The notes under the pieces were generated by a model. It was not told the DNA's origin and did not search any database. It saw nothing but the letters and a program-made list of their open reading frames with translations. Both the position numbers and the translations under genes were made by a program. Positions 1 to 16,581 of a stretch of DNA of 64,000 bases are shown piece by piece. Origin of the DNA: Vermamoeba vermiformis (taxonomy: Eukaryota); assembly GCA_045837725.1 (NCBI GenBank), contig JBEWZL010000101.1:62001-126000 (forward strand). The letters run 5' to 3'. Numbering within the stretch: position 1 is the stretch's first letter; every line of letters begins with the position of its first letter.

Positions 1-3000
1 AATTGGGCCAACAGTGGATCAACTACATAATCGTACGGACCAATATGCTCTTGTGCGATCTGCAGCATGGTTAATATTAAATAATGTACGGATAAATAGC
101 TTTACCAAATGCAGGTAAGTATTGCCAAAAGAATCTAGCAGATTCAAATCCGACAAAGCCAATAGTTTTGTAATAGTCTCCAAAGGGTTCCGAAGCACGG
201 AGCTACATAAAAATTATAAGGGCATCTTATATATGGCAATTACTTACTCGAAGTCTACTTCTTTTAGCGTTTCTTGAGAACGAGTCTCGAAATTGATCCA
301 AGGAGGTTCAATTAGCGGTGCGAGGGGTAAGTCTCTAAACATGCAATATTATTAGGAACCGATTAATTAAATTGTCTTGCTCTTACGCAGTAAAATCTTT
401 TGCGGTCGGCGTTGAAAAAAATAAGGTGCCAAAAGTGAGCAGATTCGCCATGAATTTAGATTCGCTAGAGTCAACTTTTGGTTTATGATAAACCATTCTA
501 GATATACGAGTCGTTATATGAAAATATAACATGGCCGCTACGAAGAAAGAAAGAGTCAGTTTAGATCAAAGGTTTTGGGATCATTACGTACGGGTTAGTT
601 TTAGCGCATATGTTTGCAAATTTGGATTAGCCCCATGATCGAGCAAATATTCTATTGTTGCATTGCACCCTCGGAGTACTGCGTAGTGTAGTGGCGTGAA
701 GCCTTCCGCATCCCTAGCAAAAATAGTTGCAATGATTAAAGTGACGCTAGTTTGTGCTATTTAATAAATACTTACCGAGCATTAACGTCAATATGGTCTA
801 TTATTTTAGCCAGGAGATTTGGGTCTTCAAATCCGGCGAGCAAATGGACACAATTTCTTTTCCAGATCTGGAGATGTTGAGTAACCGAGTTTCCGTATTG
901 AATAAAGAATATTAAAACTTACGTTATCGCATGCCTTAGAATCTATTTGATTGCCTACAAGGGTAATGAAATTTCGAATGAATGTTAGATTCGACGGCCT
1001 GGTCCATTCCACGTGGAGAAATCCATAAATGGAGGCCAGGAACGGAGTTATTCCGCGATTGTCACGTGCGTTGAGATTTGCGCCGCAGGTCAGTAACTTT
1101 TTCGCAAGCCGCAAATCGAGCGCATAACAAGCTGCGTGGAGTGGCGTCCAGCCATGTTTGTCCTGTTCATGAACCGTTAGTTAAATCGACCAATCAGATT
1201 CAATCTACTTACTGCAATATTAACGTCAGCGTGTCTGTGGAGAAGTACGTTGATCCGTTTTAGCTTGGTGTCTGATGGCAGCAAAGACTTGCAAACTAAC
1301 AACAACGCAGTCTCTCCCTCGCGCGTTGTCGCATTAATGTTACAACTGAAATCGCTTATTCGTGCGTTCAATTCTTTATCAATGGTATTTTCTTCTTCTT
1401 CTTCTTTCATTGTCACATCGTCATTTTGGTCCTTGTCTTCTCCGAGTGTACGTGGGGCAGATTCGTCAAGCAAAATAGTCCAGCGCTGGAAATTCTCGGA
1501 TTTTAACTGTTTTGTAATATAATTACGATATTTAGTTAGCAACACCAAGTAGTGCAGAGTGTTGTAGCCCTCATTGTTTAGCGCATCTGCATAATGTTGC
1601 CGAAATACGGATCTGAGACAATTCGTTACAAAATTGTGGTGGAGTTCATTACTTACATATTATTAATGAGGTTTTTTTGTGTAGTTATTGCCTTAACAGC
1701 CAGCTGTGGTAGTATTAATTTTTGGTCGATCTGGTACGTTTCAAGTACTCGCCAAAACTAAACGTACTATTAATGGCTAATCATAATAATAATATTATCC
1801 TCAGACATACTGAATCTACATTCGCTTTAAATAGAGCATCTAGTGCACCGGGAGTCCATTCAATAGTTTCGAAAGACATTAGGGTCCAAAACATGAAACG
1901 ATATGCATTTCGTATGGCAAGCTAAGAGAGAGCAATGTCAATAATAGGCGATAATTGGAGCATATTGACTTTCATACCTCTAAAAATGACTCGCCGTTTG
2001 AAGTTGTGACGTTCATATTAACACCACGGTCTTTCAACGCATTCAAGTACCGCCCAACTCCTATAAAAACACATAAGCTTGAATATTATGTTAATGTTTA
2101 ATATTAATTAGACTGTCATTAATTTGAGGTTAAATTTAACGATCAGATCTACGTTCGAGATCGGACTTACCCGTAGTGGTAATATCTCGACGTTCAAACA
2201 AAAATCCCATAAATGCAGGGTATTTGCATTCGATTCTAGATCCTGGTTCTTCAATCATTTTGTTCGGATCTGCTCCTAACTCCAGTAACAAAATTCTTGC
2301 ATCTTCGGTACGAGCGATTCTTAAATAAGAATCATTCGGATCTGGACATTCAGCGCTTTCCCCGAGGTTAACTAAGAATCTGATTTGCTCTAGACGGCTG
2401 TGTTGAACTGCACTATGGAGAGGAATGTTCTAGTTCAAAAAGTGAGCGAGGTTATTATCGTATTAATATCGAATACTTACGTGATATGTATAATTTTCGA
2501 AAATATTTGGACGGTATATTCCTGTCTGGTCTTCTGGCGTACTAATTTTTTGTCAGATCTTGTCGTCTTATCAGGATCGAGTTTTTACTCACGTGCAATT
2601 GAGATCGATGTGCCCTTCTTTTACCAAAAATTCAAATATTGGTTTGCTGCGTTCAAAATCAAGTTCAAGTAATCTACTAAGGCAGCACAGATCTTGTTTT
2701 GTTAGTAACGGACAAATCATCTTGCATCGCTCCAAGTCCAAGAAATCAATATTCCTAGGCACATGCACTATATTCGTGGATGCAATGCGCTGCGAAAGTA
2801 CTCTGCTAGAATGTCTGGCCGCGAGTATAAACTTTAATGACGGGCATTGTTCGATAATATCCTCTGCAGTCAGTTCAATACTAAGAGTTGTCATCAGGCG
2901 CTCTAATTTCTTCGTGTGGCTGAACGGTCTTGCTGAAGTGAAGGTCGCGCGTTCCGGCAAATAGAGCTCGATCAGATTCGGCAAGCCCTAACAACATGTT

Positions 3001-3569
3001 GACATTAAGCACTCATATTAGTAATAGTATACGTACGGATAATATAAGGGTTAAGGTCTTAACACTGAGGTTGTCAGGCCCGTTGAGCCGCAGGAGTTGT
3101 AGATCGCGACAATTTGGCACTTGACTGACGAACTTGTCTTTCGGGATGTGAATATAATTCAAGCTAATAGAAAGCCTTTTTAGAGTTCTAATTGCAAAAA
3201 CATAATCAAGCCAGTTTTCTTCGATGAGATCCAGCAGTTGTAGATTCAGATCCACCAGGGTGTTGCAGTACTTAGTCAAGTATTGCCTTAGTTTTACGAC
3301 CAATCTTGTTTGGCCCTTTATGTCATATTTTTTGCCATAGTGCTGGTCTTTTGAGAATAAATTTAATTCGAATGATGTCCAAGATCGCGAAACAATTTCT
3401 TGGAAGGACTTTGAAACCTACAAAAATCATGGAAATTAATTCTAAAATTGTATAATTAATTACACTGACAGATTTGAAAAAAACTTACTTCAGCAATTTT
3501 TGGCTTCGAACGAGTCGGCAAGAAGGAAAAAATATGTCTCCAATTATCGACGACTAAAGTATTATGCAT
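1..3569 (-). CDS. F-box-like / LRR / ankyrin-repeat protein (multi-exon; 3' end runs off the window)
   Basis: ATG 3569 MHNTLVVDNWRHIFSFLPTRSKPKIAE|VSKSFQEIVSRSW (F-box-like), LRR-like exons 2589-3303, ankyrin motifs (NATTREGETALLLVC, GANLNARDNRGITPF, DAEGFTPLHYA), GT-AG introns. Confidence 0.75.
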
Positions 3570-3723
3570 GGGCTGTTGTACAACAATAAAAGAATCTGAT
3601 TTAATTGTTTTGGCGCGTAATTTTTTCGTCAAGGCGAAAACCAAAATTTGTGCAATAATCAACATTAGTATACGGCTATAACAACAAAAGATTGGCACAG
3701 GAATATATTTTACGCCTTTCATA

Positions 3724-6700
3724 ATGGATGTCGAGCCACAGAATGATAATTTATTCTTTCATCAAAATATTTGGCCACTAGTGCTAGAATTTATACCAGC
3801 TAATATTCGGCCTCTACTTTCTGAGGTAATTTTATAATTTTCTTATATTGTATGACACTTCCAAAATTGTCCGCCTGGATATTTAGTTGATCGGCTGTAA
3901 AATCATTAATTAATGCTTATTTTAAAGAAGAAACATTATAAAAATATTAATAAAATTATTTGCGTTAGGTTTCAAAATTATGGCACGAGCTCGTAGCTGG
4001 ATCTTGGCGCGCATTTGAAATTTCGTTGACGCAGCAACCAAAGGAGGAGTTACAAGAGTTCACGCAGAGAATAGATAACATGATACACTACCTAAAGCGC
4101 CATAGCAAAAGATTGGTCGACGTAAACATTTGCCTGAATTTTCAAGGCGGCGCTTACACCTATTATAATAATTTTCAATCTGAATGGCTGAACAAGCTGC
4201 TGCGGATAAAAACCTTAAAACGGCTGCACTTGCATATATCGCCTAAAAGCAAAAGTCCTATTGGTATCGATTCGGAGCTTACTTGTCACGGACTAGAGTT
4301 GTTGAACTTGCGCACATTAAATCTCAAAAGCCAGGCCCTGGAGGATCTATTATTGGTACGTTCATTCACCGTATTATCAAGAAATATTAATAGCGTTGTA
4401 CTATTTATAGAATTTACCGAATTTGGTCGAGTTGTACGTTGGTCCCGACAGCATCGTCACATCCGTCGACATGTTAAAACACGCAAAAAAGCTGCAACGA
4501 TTGATGGTTCGTGCTAAGGGCATCTCCAGCGAAGATATAATCGCCGCATGTCCATCTCTCAAGTACTTAATTCGACCTCGAAGCGATCAACAGCAGATCA
4601 GCTCAGTCATCGGCAAAACTCTCGTCGTTTCAACCAAGTCATTCAAATTGAAGAACCTCGCGAATATAGAGCACCTTAAACGAATCATGCCGCTTTTGAA
4701 CGAATATTGTTACTCGGCTGATAATAGACTCGTTCCTTTATTAACGTGGCTGGCGCTGCATCCAGAACGCCATCAAGAAGTTATCGAATTCTTAGTGAAC
4801 GAAGCAAAATTTAATATAAACATTGGGTAAGGTTACTTAGATGCGTGTAATAAGCAATATTAACCTTCGATCCAGGCCTCCAGAATTTTTGTATCGACCG
4901 ACACTCTGCAAGAAATACAGTACAATCGTACGTAAACTATAATGAATAATTATATATATTAATCCCATTATTTAGGCTGCTACTTACCCTCTGGAAGTCG
5001 CGTTGAAATCAAAAAACCTGGATCTTGCGTGGAGGCTGATAGAGCTTGGCGCCCATGTAGAATGCCCCAATCCCGCTGATTCATTTTTTGGAGTTGCTGG
5101 AGGTGATGAAATGCTAAAGCTGCTAGTTGATTCTGGAGCGGATCTGCGTAAGCTAGTCAGCTTCCAAGAGAATGAAACGAGACGGGAAGCTCCGATTTAT
5201 AAGGAAAAGTTTCCAGCGTTCATGATTCCGACATTAAAAAACAAAGGTATAATAAGGTATGGGCAGCTTCTTGTATTAACGTTAATTCAGATTCACGAAA
5301 TTTCATCGACCTTATCAAGAGCCGAGTGAACCTTAATATAGTTGTCAATGGCCGATCATTCCTCGAGGTACATCTTAAGACTTTCATATTCAAAAGTACT
5401 AAGTATCGTTTGCATTATAGTGGGCTATTGTTAAAGGCTGTTGGGAGACGTACATTGCATTGTTAAATGCTGGAGCGCACTGGACCTCTGGCGCACTTTA
5501 CTCCTTGTTAGCATATGCTCCAGATAGGGTAAGATAGCTATATTTAGCCACCTTCAATCATATTAACGATGCGCTATTGTAGTTTGAGCGCGTGGTTACG
5601 AAGAAAGACTTTGATATGGAATTGATTACTCCGATGGTAGCCGCACTTGCCGTTCAGCAAGGTTACGCACATTTACTGTAAGCTGCTGTAAAAGTGACCT
5701 CGATATCCTTGCTAATATTTAAATAGAACTAAGTACTTTGTGCAATCTCCGAATGTCTTGGACGAGAATGGATTTGGTTGCCTGCATTACATCACTTTGT
5801 TGAGTGCAGAAGATACTTACTATGGAGGTCATTCACATGACGAGGGGTACGATCGATGGGTTGTGCCAAAGGCTCGTGCCTCGGAACCAGAATCAATTTT
5901 TAGTCGAGATAGCGATGGTTGGAGTGAAGATGCGGTCGAAGATTGGAGTGATGAATTTGGCGATGAAGATGATGACATGATGGTGGATGAGGCTCAAGAA
6001 GAAGAAGAAGAGGACATTTCACTCGATACACCGAAAGAATTTAAATTAGAACGGTACATCGAGGACGCAGCTTTAAAACGAAAGTCTCAATGGCAATCGC
6101 CGCAACAGGAAGAAATCGATGAACCGAAGCCAAGCAATCCGTTTGCATATAACAGTGGAGCAAAAGCGCTCAAAAACTTCTTTGAGGCCCTGGATCTGTT
6201 GCACGGCGACATAAATCTGACGACAAAAGAAGGCGAGAGTGCAGTACTGTTGTTATGTCGGTCCAATATGACCCGAGAACGGAAAGTTGGAAGATTGAAA
6301 GCTTTATTAGCTAAGCGGGCGGATGTTCGCATTCCAGTACGTTGAAGATTTTTGACCGTCAAATTTTGTCACCTAATTTTTGACCGTCAAATTTCGTCTA
6401 GGATAAAAATGGATGGACTCCACTACACGCAGCTTGCTATCAACAAGAGTTTAGAGTCTTTGAAGTATTACTCCAAGCTGGTGCAGATATCAATGCCCGC
6501 GACAAATATGGAAATACGCCGCTGATGGTTGGCTACAAAAGCGATTTAACTCTTTTGAGTGAATTAGGCGAGGAATTCTCGTTAGGAGACTTCACTAGGT
6601 TTTACTTTAGAGCCTTGCAGTTGGCCGATAAGCTGAATATTAAAGTGGATTTGAACGCAGCTCATCCGGTACGTAGAACCTATTTTGAATCAATCTTTAC

Positions 6701-9075
6701 TAATACTTTAAATAGCATCTCAAAAAGCAATTCATTCATCATATCGCAACTATAGGAACGCCAGAGTTTTTGAATTACATCGCTGATCGCGTCGATATAA
6801 ATAGCCAGTACGTGCCTTGAATCATCTGAATTATTTTTCTAAAAATTAAGAAATTCAGGGACGCTAATGGTCTTACGCCGTTACACCACGCCATATTAAT
6901 GTGCAACTCACTGATGGTCAAAGAACTGATCAAGTTAGGAGCCAACCCGAACATCCCGACTCATTCACTGAAAATGACTCGTACGTACCAATGTTTAAAT
7001 AGCATTGCAGCTACGGTATTCTAATCAAATGATAGCTGCAATGCTATTTATGCATATGCTGACCAAAGGCAAGGACGCGACTCCCGATGAAAATAGCAAG
7101 AGGCTGGAGGGAAATCCGTTCATGAAAATCGCGTGGTTTGAATCGCCGTACATGATGTGGCTGCTAACAAACGAGACATTGATTGAATCGGATTTTAGAT
7201 ATAGAGACATCTTACGGTACGTAGATAGAAATTTAGCTAACTAGCTTAATTAATATTTTAATAGGAATAAAGACAAAATTCTTTTGTTGTCGAGCTTAAA
7301 AGATGCGCCGTGGCTCGAGTACGCTCATTCACTGAACGAAAAATTCAACTACAACTACAGGTAGTACCTTACGTATAAACCATATGAAGTAAATTAACGG
7401 TCGTACAGGACGAGGCTAACAAATATTGAAAACACGCTGGATCTGCTGCTGAGCCACTCGGATCTGATGCAAATTGATTCGCACGGAAACACTTATTTGC
7501 ACTTGGTAATGAGCCTGAATACTGTATCTTCAATAATATGAACTAATCCTTGACTTAACGATAGGCTGTAATGTACCACACCAGGCCCGGGTGCATATGG
7601 CAGATTGAATCATTGTTAGAGAAATTTCCACAACTCAACACACTATGGAACGTCAAGAACGATTATAACGACACGCCGTTCAGTTTGTAAGTACAGCTTG
7701 CGATTCAAAAACTTTTCACGATGGTGAATCTCGATCGATCTACCTCCCTGCCTTTGATCAGAACCCGAAGCCATACCACTTCTCTGTGATGTACTTGGGG
7801 ACTATACAACCCTCGTAAAATATGAGACATCAGAGTAGCTTTGGTGTGAGGCTACGGTATCGTGATTATGACCTCTAACAATGATTTTTGCGTAGAATGT
7901 GCCAAGCGTGCAAACACTTCCAAGGCTTCATTCCCGTGATTAAATCGGTGATCAAACAATACGACGTCAATGTGAATGACTTTGATGGCCACGGACACTC
8001 ACCGCTGCATTACTTAATTCATCATGTGGAGCGAGATGACTTTTTGGTCGACTTGGAGTTGCCGAGTAAGAGCTGTTAGACGTCGTATCTGTACAGAGCT
8101 AACATACCACCAACAGTGACTTGGTCCAGCGTGACAATATGCCAGCCTACGACAACTGCTATTGACCGTCTGTTAGAATACAAACTCACAAAAGAGACAC
8201 TCGCCGAATTGACCAATGACCGATTGGCAAAAGATTTGTCTGGACAAACTTTCTTAATGAGAATTCTTCGTGGCGTAAGTACAACGCTCATAGTCTACGT
8301 ATGATAAGGTACTAACTATCGACTTGTTTTACTACGATAGATCTTTGAACAGAACGTGAGTCAAGCGAATTTCAGCCGATTTTTTGCGTTACTAATATTA
8401 CACAGCGCGACTATTGGGCGTATTTAGATGTCCTGTTGCAGCACAAGGCACACTTGAATGTTCAAGACAACAACGGCAACACAGCACTGCACATTGCATG
8501 CAAGTACTTTCATCTCGGTCTCGTGGAGTCCATTCTCGGCAAGATCAACAACACGCGCTACTCGGAGAGGTTCTTTGTCACTGTGTTCAAGCTCTTGGAA
8601 GGTGAGTGTTGCAATAGCAACACCAAAGTTGACTACTATGACACGTGCCAATGATATTTTTCACACATGCGTCTCAAAAGTGTCAAAAGTGTCATCTGAG
8701 TGTCACCGTTATGAACGTGCATTGTCATTGTTTCTAACTCGTGGTTTTTTATTGACAGCTGGTTGCGATCCATCGATCAAAAACAAGCGAGGTGAAACAC
8801 CACAGGATTACGTGCCTCACTTGCGCGAGTACTATCAATCGTTGTATCTCGATTGGATCAAAGCGCTGAATTACCAGGACGATATGACCATCACTTATGA
8901 AGGGCTGCTTGCTAACAAGCAATCTGACATGCCCGAGAGAACTGTGCAAGGACTGTTTGACGACGAAGATGACAAGAACAACAATGAGTTCGCTGCAAAC
9001 CTTGGAATTTTTGATATTATGGACCAACTTGCTGAAGATCCAATCGACTTTAACAACGACATGGTGGAATGGTGA
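3724..9075 (+). CDS. F-box-like / LRR / ankyrin-repeat protein, paralogue of the divergent neighbour
   Basis: ATG 3724 MDVEPQNDNLFFHQNIWPLVLEFIPANIRPLLSE|VSKLWHELVAGSW; ankyrin motifs DENGFGCLHY, GADINARDKYGNTPL, DANGLTPLHHA, DNNGNTALHIAC; stop after NNDMVEW. Confidence 0.8.
6348..6394. repeat. 19-bp direct repeat ATTTTTGACCGTCAAATTT x2 inside a 65-nt intron
   Basis: Copies at 6348-6366 and 6376-6394 within intron 6337-6401; each contains the inverted repeat TTTGAC-C-GTCAAA. Confidence 0.9.
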
Positions 9076-9426
9076 AAATGAGTAGTATTTGACAAAATAA
9101 AGGACGAATACATAAAAATAGGAATTCGTTACCGTATTCTTAACGGATTATGTGTGATGAAATTTCCATCCGCCGTAACATTGTACGGGCAGCAAGCACA
9201 AGTCTTGCAGTATTCGTACAAGTGAACGGTATTATCTAAGTATGATAGTGATACGTAGCGTAGGCGACCGCTTAACCCGAAGATTAAATTAAGTAGATTA
9301 TAATAAATCGGATTCCGAAAGTCGGACTTTATTTTAATAATCAAATGTCTACGATATCCAAGTGACAATAAGTATCAGTACGCTTATAATAGCATTCTTT
9401 GGAAATCACTAGCCGACGTTACTCGG

Positions 9427-9630
9427 TCATCTCGTAGAAGGTCTCAAGGGCAGAGTCTTGCCTACATTTTGGTAGATCGCCTCGCCACCCACAGGCGTGT
9501 TATAGTAGACAATGGAGTTGTCACCTTTATAGTAGTTAGTGTAGCCAGTAGTCGAGGTTGCAGGAATATTGGGGGTGATGGTCGGGGTACTTCCGGTCAC
9601 GACGCTGACAATTGTGTCCCACCAGCTCAT
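9427..9630 (-). CDS. Small 67-aa Thr/Tyr-rich hypothetical protein
   Basis: Clean ORF MSWWDTIVSVVTG...; many C-ending codons against AT-rich flanks; A/C-rich start context; possible 5'UTR intron with CTAAC branch point upstream. Confidence 0.55.
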   Translation of the reverse strand: MSWWDTIVSVVTGSTPTITPNIPATSTTGYTNYYKGDNSIVYYNTPVGGEAIYQNVGKTLPLRPSTR

Positions 9631-10131
9631 GATTGAAATGTAGGTGTTGTTGCTTGAGGTTTAAGGTTAGTGAGCTGTTTGTAACTCAAATTACAATTTA
9701 ACTTGTTTGTTTTGTCCGTTTGGCCCGAAAATAAATTTCGCGAAGCAAAACAAAAGACACATTTTCCTTTTTTGGTAAGCTAAACGACTCGCTTTCTGTT
9801 CTTCAAAGCGTAACCATGTTTTCATGCAATCCACCAGATATGGTATGTATAATAAAGCTTATAAAGAAATTTGATTATTAAGTGCTTTCGAACGAACGGC
9901 GGGAAGATCACACGATTCAGAATTAAGTACACTCGTGCGTACCAGGGATGCAGCTTGCTAGCGAGCGACCCGTTACAATAGAACGAACAAGGCAACTGCT
10001 ATATAGATATGATTTCCTTTTAGTGCACAAACGGTCGAGGATTAGTTTTGCCGCAGATCTAACCCGAGTTAAAAAATAAATAGTTTAGCCATATGCTAAA
10101 TCCCCATTTAGCTAATTTTGATTTATTGGCA

Positions 10132-11616
10132 TCAAAAATTAGGATTATATTTGATCATGCCGTTTTTGATCATTGCTCGGCGAATCGATGCGTTATTGCT
10201 GTAGCGAGTGAAGATCGCGAAAGGTGGATCTCCCCAACATGCATAAGCAACTGCGGCAGGTCTACGAATTGTTGATAGTAACAGCTGTTGGAAATATTGC
10301 GCGTAACGGTCATCTTGATGAATGACAACAGGGAAATTCGGATCCTGCAGGACTTTTTCTTTAAATTCAGCTTGCCCAATTAAACTTATCACAATGTGCG
10401 GGAGTTGATACGGCTGATAAAAATCTTGCCATATACGACCTAAGCCTTTCTTACGATAGGCCGCTAACTTAATTTGAGACTTTGTGATTGGGCCGAAAGG
10501 TCTTCTTGCGATCTGCTCCAAAACTTGTCTGCATTTATCCATGTAGTTAATCCTCGTGCCGTCTGGCTCCTTTAACTCCATATCGTACTTTGACACGTCA
10601 ACCTGTCAAAAGAATTGTCATTGGTTAATATCGCGTTAACCGTAAAAATATGATGACACGTGTCAAAGATATTTTAAGCGTTTACGTACGACGAGGACTA
10701 CCACGCTTTCATCTTCATGGGCCTGGTAATAATGATAATTTTTCAGATAAATCTCTAACGGAATCGCTCGCAGGCTCCAGATGCTGTTGCAAAAAAATGT
10801 TAACTTTGTATCTAAGATTATTACATAATTCACTGACTCATGGCAGGGTTTCTTCTTATAGACATAATCTCGTTCGTACGTAAATGTCCAGTTTTCGTCG
10901 AACAGCAGCTTTTTGCATTCCGTAGTTGTAAACGACGAACAATTTTCAACGCCTTTATCGGCGCAATACTTCCTCCATATTGGTGCCACATTTAGTACTA
11001 TAGAGCATTAATTTAGTCCTATTATTGATATCCAAAGAACGAACCTTGATTTAGAAGTTTGTTCACCAATATTAAATTGAGACAATCTCTCGGGTGCAGG
11101 TACGAAGCGAATAAATATAACATTTCTGATGGTAATGCGCGTGAGATATCAACTCCACTGCCAAAACAATCATAGTAGGCTGGATCTGTTGAAGTTGTTA
11201 TTAGGGGACTTAAAGGTCCCTTGTGATTTACCTGATGGCACTGGCGCGTATGGCTCATAAAATCCATTAACGTTCTCAATTATATTTAGTGCTGTCTTAT
11301 CGTATTCGCTCAAGCTTCGCGAGACCGAGCGGCTGATGGATCCGAAAGCTGACAGAAGATGTGATCCAGGAATCGCTGTCAGAAATATTAACGAAAATAA
11401 TTAAAAAACGTAATTTATGCAAATTCTTACCAATAAATGATATCAAGGGCGTATAGATCTTCGGCGGCTTTTCTGTCATTTTCGTGGTTATTAAGTAATA
11501 ATTATTCTCAGCACTAGACATCTGCTGATTGATTTCTCTCGTATGCACGTACCTTTCTTGATCGATTTAGCGTTCTTTTCTTCTTTTTTCTCTTTTCTGT
11601 GCTCTTCTTTTTCCAT
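10132..11616 (-). CDS. F-box domain protein (multi-exon)
   Basis: ATG 11616 MEKEEHRKEKKEEKNAKSIKK|; F-box RALPSEMLYLFASYLHPRDCLNLILVNK ... APIWRKYC; further exons 10690-10989 and 10132-10603. Confidence 0.7.
10654..10665. promoter_or_regulatory. Palindrome TGACACGTGTCA (intronic)
   Basis: Exact 12-mer in an F-box gene intron, with TGACA/TGTCA half-sites at 10591-10620; regulatory role inferred. Confidence 0.6.
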
Positions 11617-12002
11617 CCTCCTTGAGATCTGACCTTTTCACCACTCTATGCGTAGTATTAGTAGCAACTACCTTGCGACACGAGGTGTTCAAAAATAAAA
11701 AGAAAAGCACGAAACGAAAGAAAGCAAGGTCGAATCACAAATCCTCAGCTGTCAACCAATTAAGAGGATTTCCAAAACTTAACTAACGGATCCCAATAAC
11801 TTCACGATTATTACAATCATCGTTAATGCTTAATATAACAATAAACCGATCACAGCAACGACTCCACAAACGATTACAGGTTGGATCCATTCAACATTTA
11901 AAGGTAAAGCGAATTGCACACCGTGTAAAAATAATCACAAAAATAAAATTGATAAATAAGTTTTATCGATGGCACGCAATTACAAGTCAATTACATTGCG
12001 CG

Positions 12003-15561
<3,559 letters not shown>

Positions 15562-15669
15562 AGCTGTGGTGTCCTCGTTGTAAAAATAAAAAAATAATCG
15601 TGCTCGGATCGCGGCGAATTTTAAAATGCACTGCGTATTCGGTAAGGATTGTATTTTACAGAATTATAT

Positions 15670-16524
15670 TTAAATGTCTACAATAACATAAATTTCGCTT
15701 TTTTCAGGCTGTTCAATGATTTTCATTGCGCTATAAGTAATCGCTTTGATCTCCGTGCCTTGACCGTGCTTTGCTTTTGAAAATTTCTCGCCTCGGCTAC
15801 AAAATACAATATCAATAACCTAATCAATACTATAATAGCGTCTACGTTGATTTAGAATTGATTTGAACATCGTGTAACGGTCGATCAGATCTGCAACAAA
15901 TTCCAGTTTGCTTAAATCTTACCATACGGCCTTGATTTTGAACTCTTTAGTGTCAAAAACCGTCAGCTTAATGTCTTTAAATACTAGCAGCTCTGTGCCG
16001 AAGATAAAAATGAACTCTTCTAAAAATTCGTATAATAAACTCTCCAGATCCTCCGCTACAATCATAAAATGTAAAATTAATGTAATTAATATGCATCAAG
16101 TATAAATATTACCTGAAACCTCGAACTCTGTGGGTTCTAATGAATCGTCAATGTCAACTTTATCGATCTCGATCATGTAACCAAACAATCCGACGGCACA
16201 TGCTTCAAATGCTTCTTTTAAATTATTGCCCCCTATAAGCATTATATTTACGCGTTAATAATGCTACCATTAATTTACAACGATTTTTTAAATAATTTCT
16301 GCACTATTTCGCAATCTTAAACGCACTTCTGTTGCTTGTACGATATTATTTGGTGCACCAATAAATTATATGAACTTACATGAATGAATTTGCACGTCGG
16401 CTGTGTGATCTAGGTCTAAAAAGAGGATCAGATTGCAACGAAGATTTCAGAGTAACGCTAATTAACTGAAACTTGTATGGTAGTACTTACATTCGTAATT
16501 TTTTCCTTTGTGATTGTCTTCCAT
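15670..16524 (-). CDS. Archease (RtcB tRNA ligase cofactor), 5 exons
   Basis: Spliced MEDNHKGKNYE|YLDHTADVQIHS|WGNNLKEAF...EDLESLLYEFLEE...GEKFSKAKHGQGTEIKAITYSAMKI...YVIVDI*; DHTAD, KAITY and terminal DI are archease signatures. Confidence 0.93.
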
Positions 16525-16581
16525 GTTGTGTTTGTTTGGTGATTTCGTTCCAAAAAAATCTAACTTTTTTTCATTCTTTCG

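Noticed and set aside
2355-2370. Suspected frameshift in the first ankyrin gene
   Set aside because: Recounting the C-run gives an intact frame (NLGESAECPDPND)
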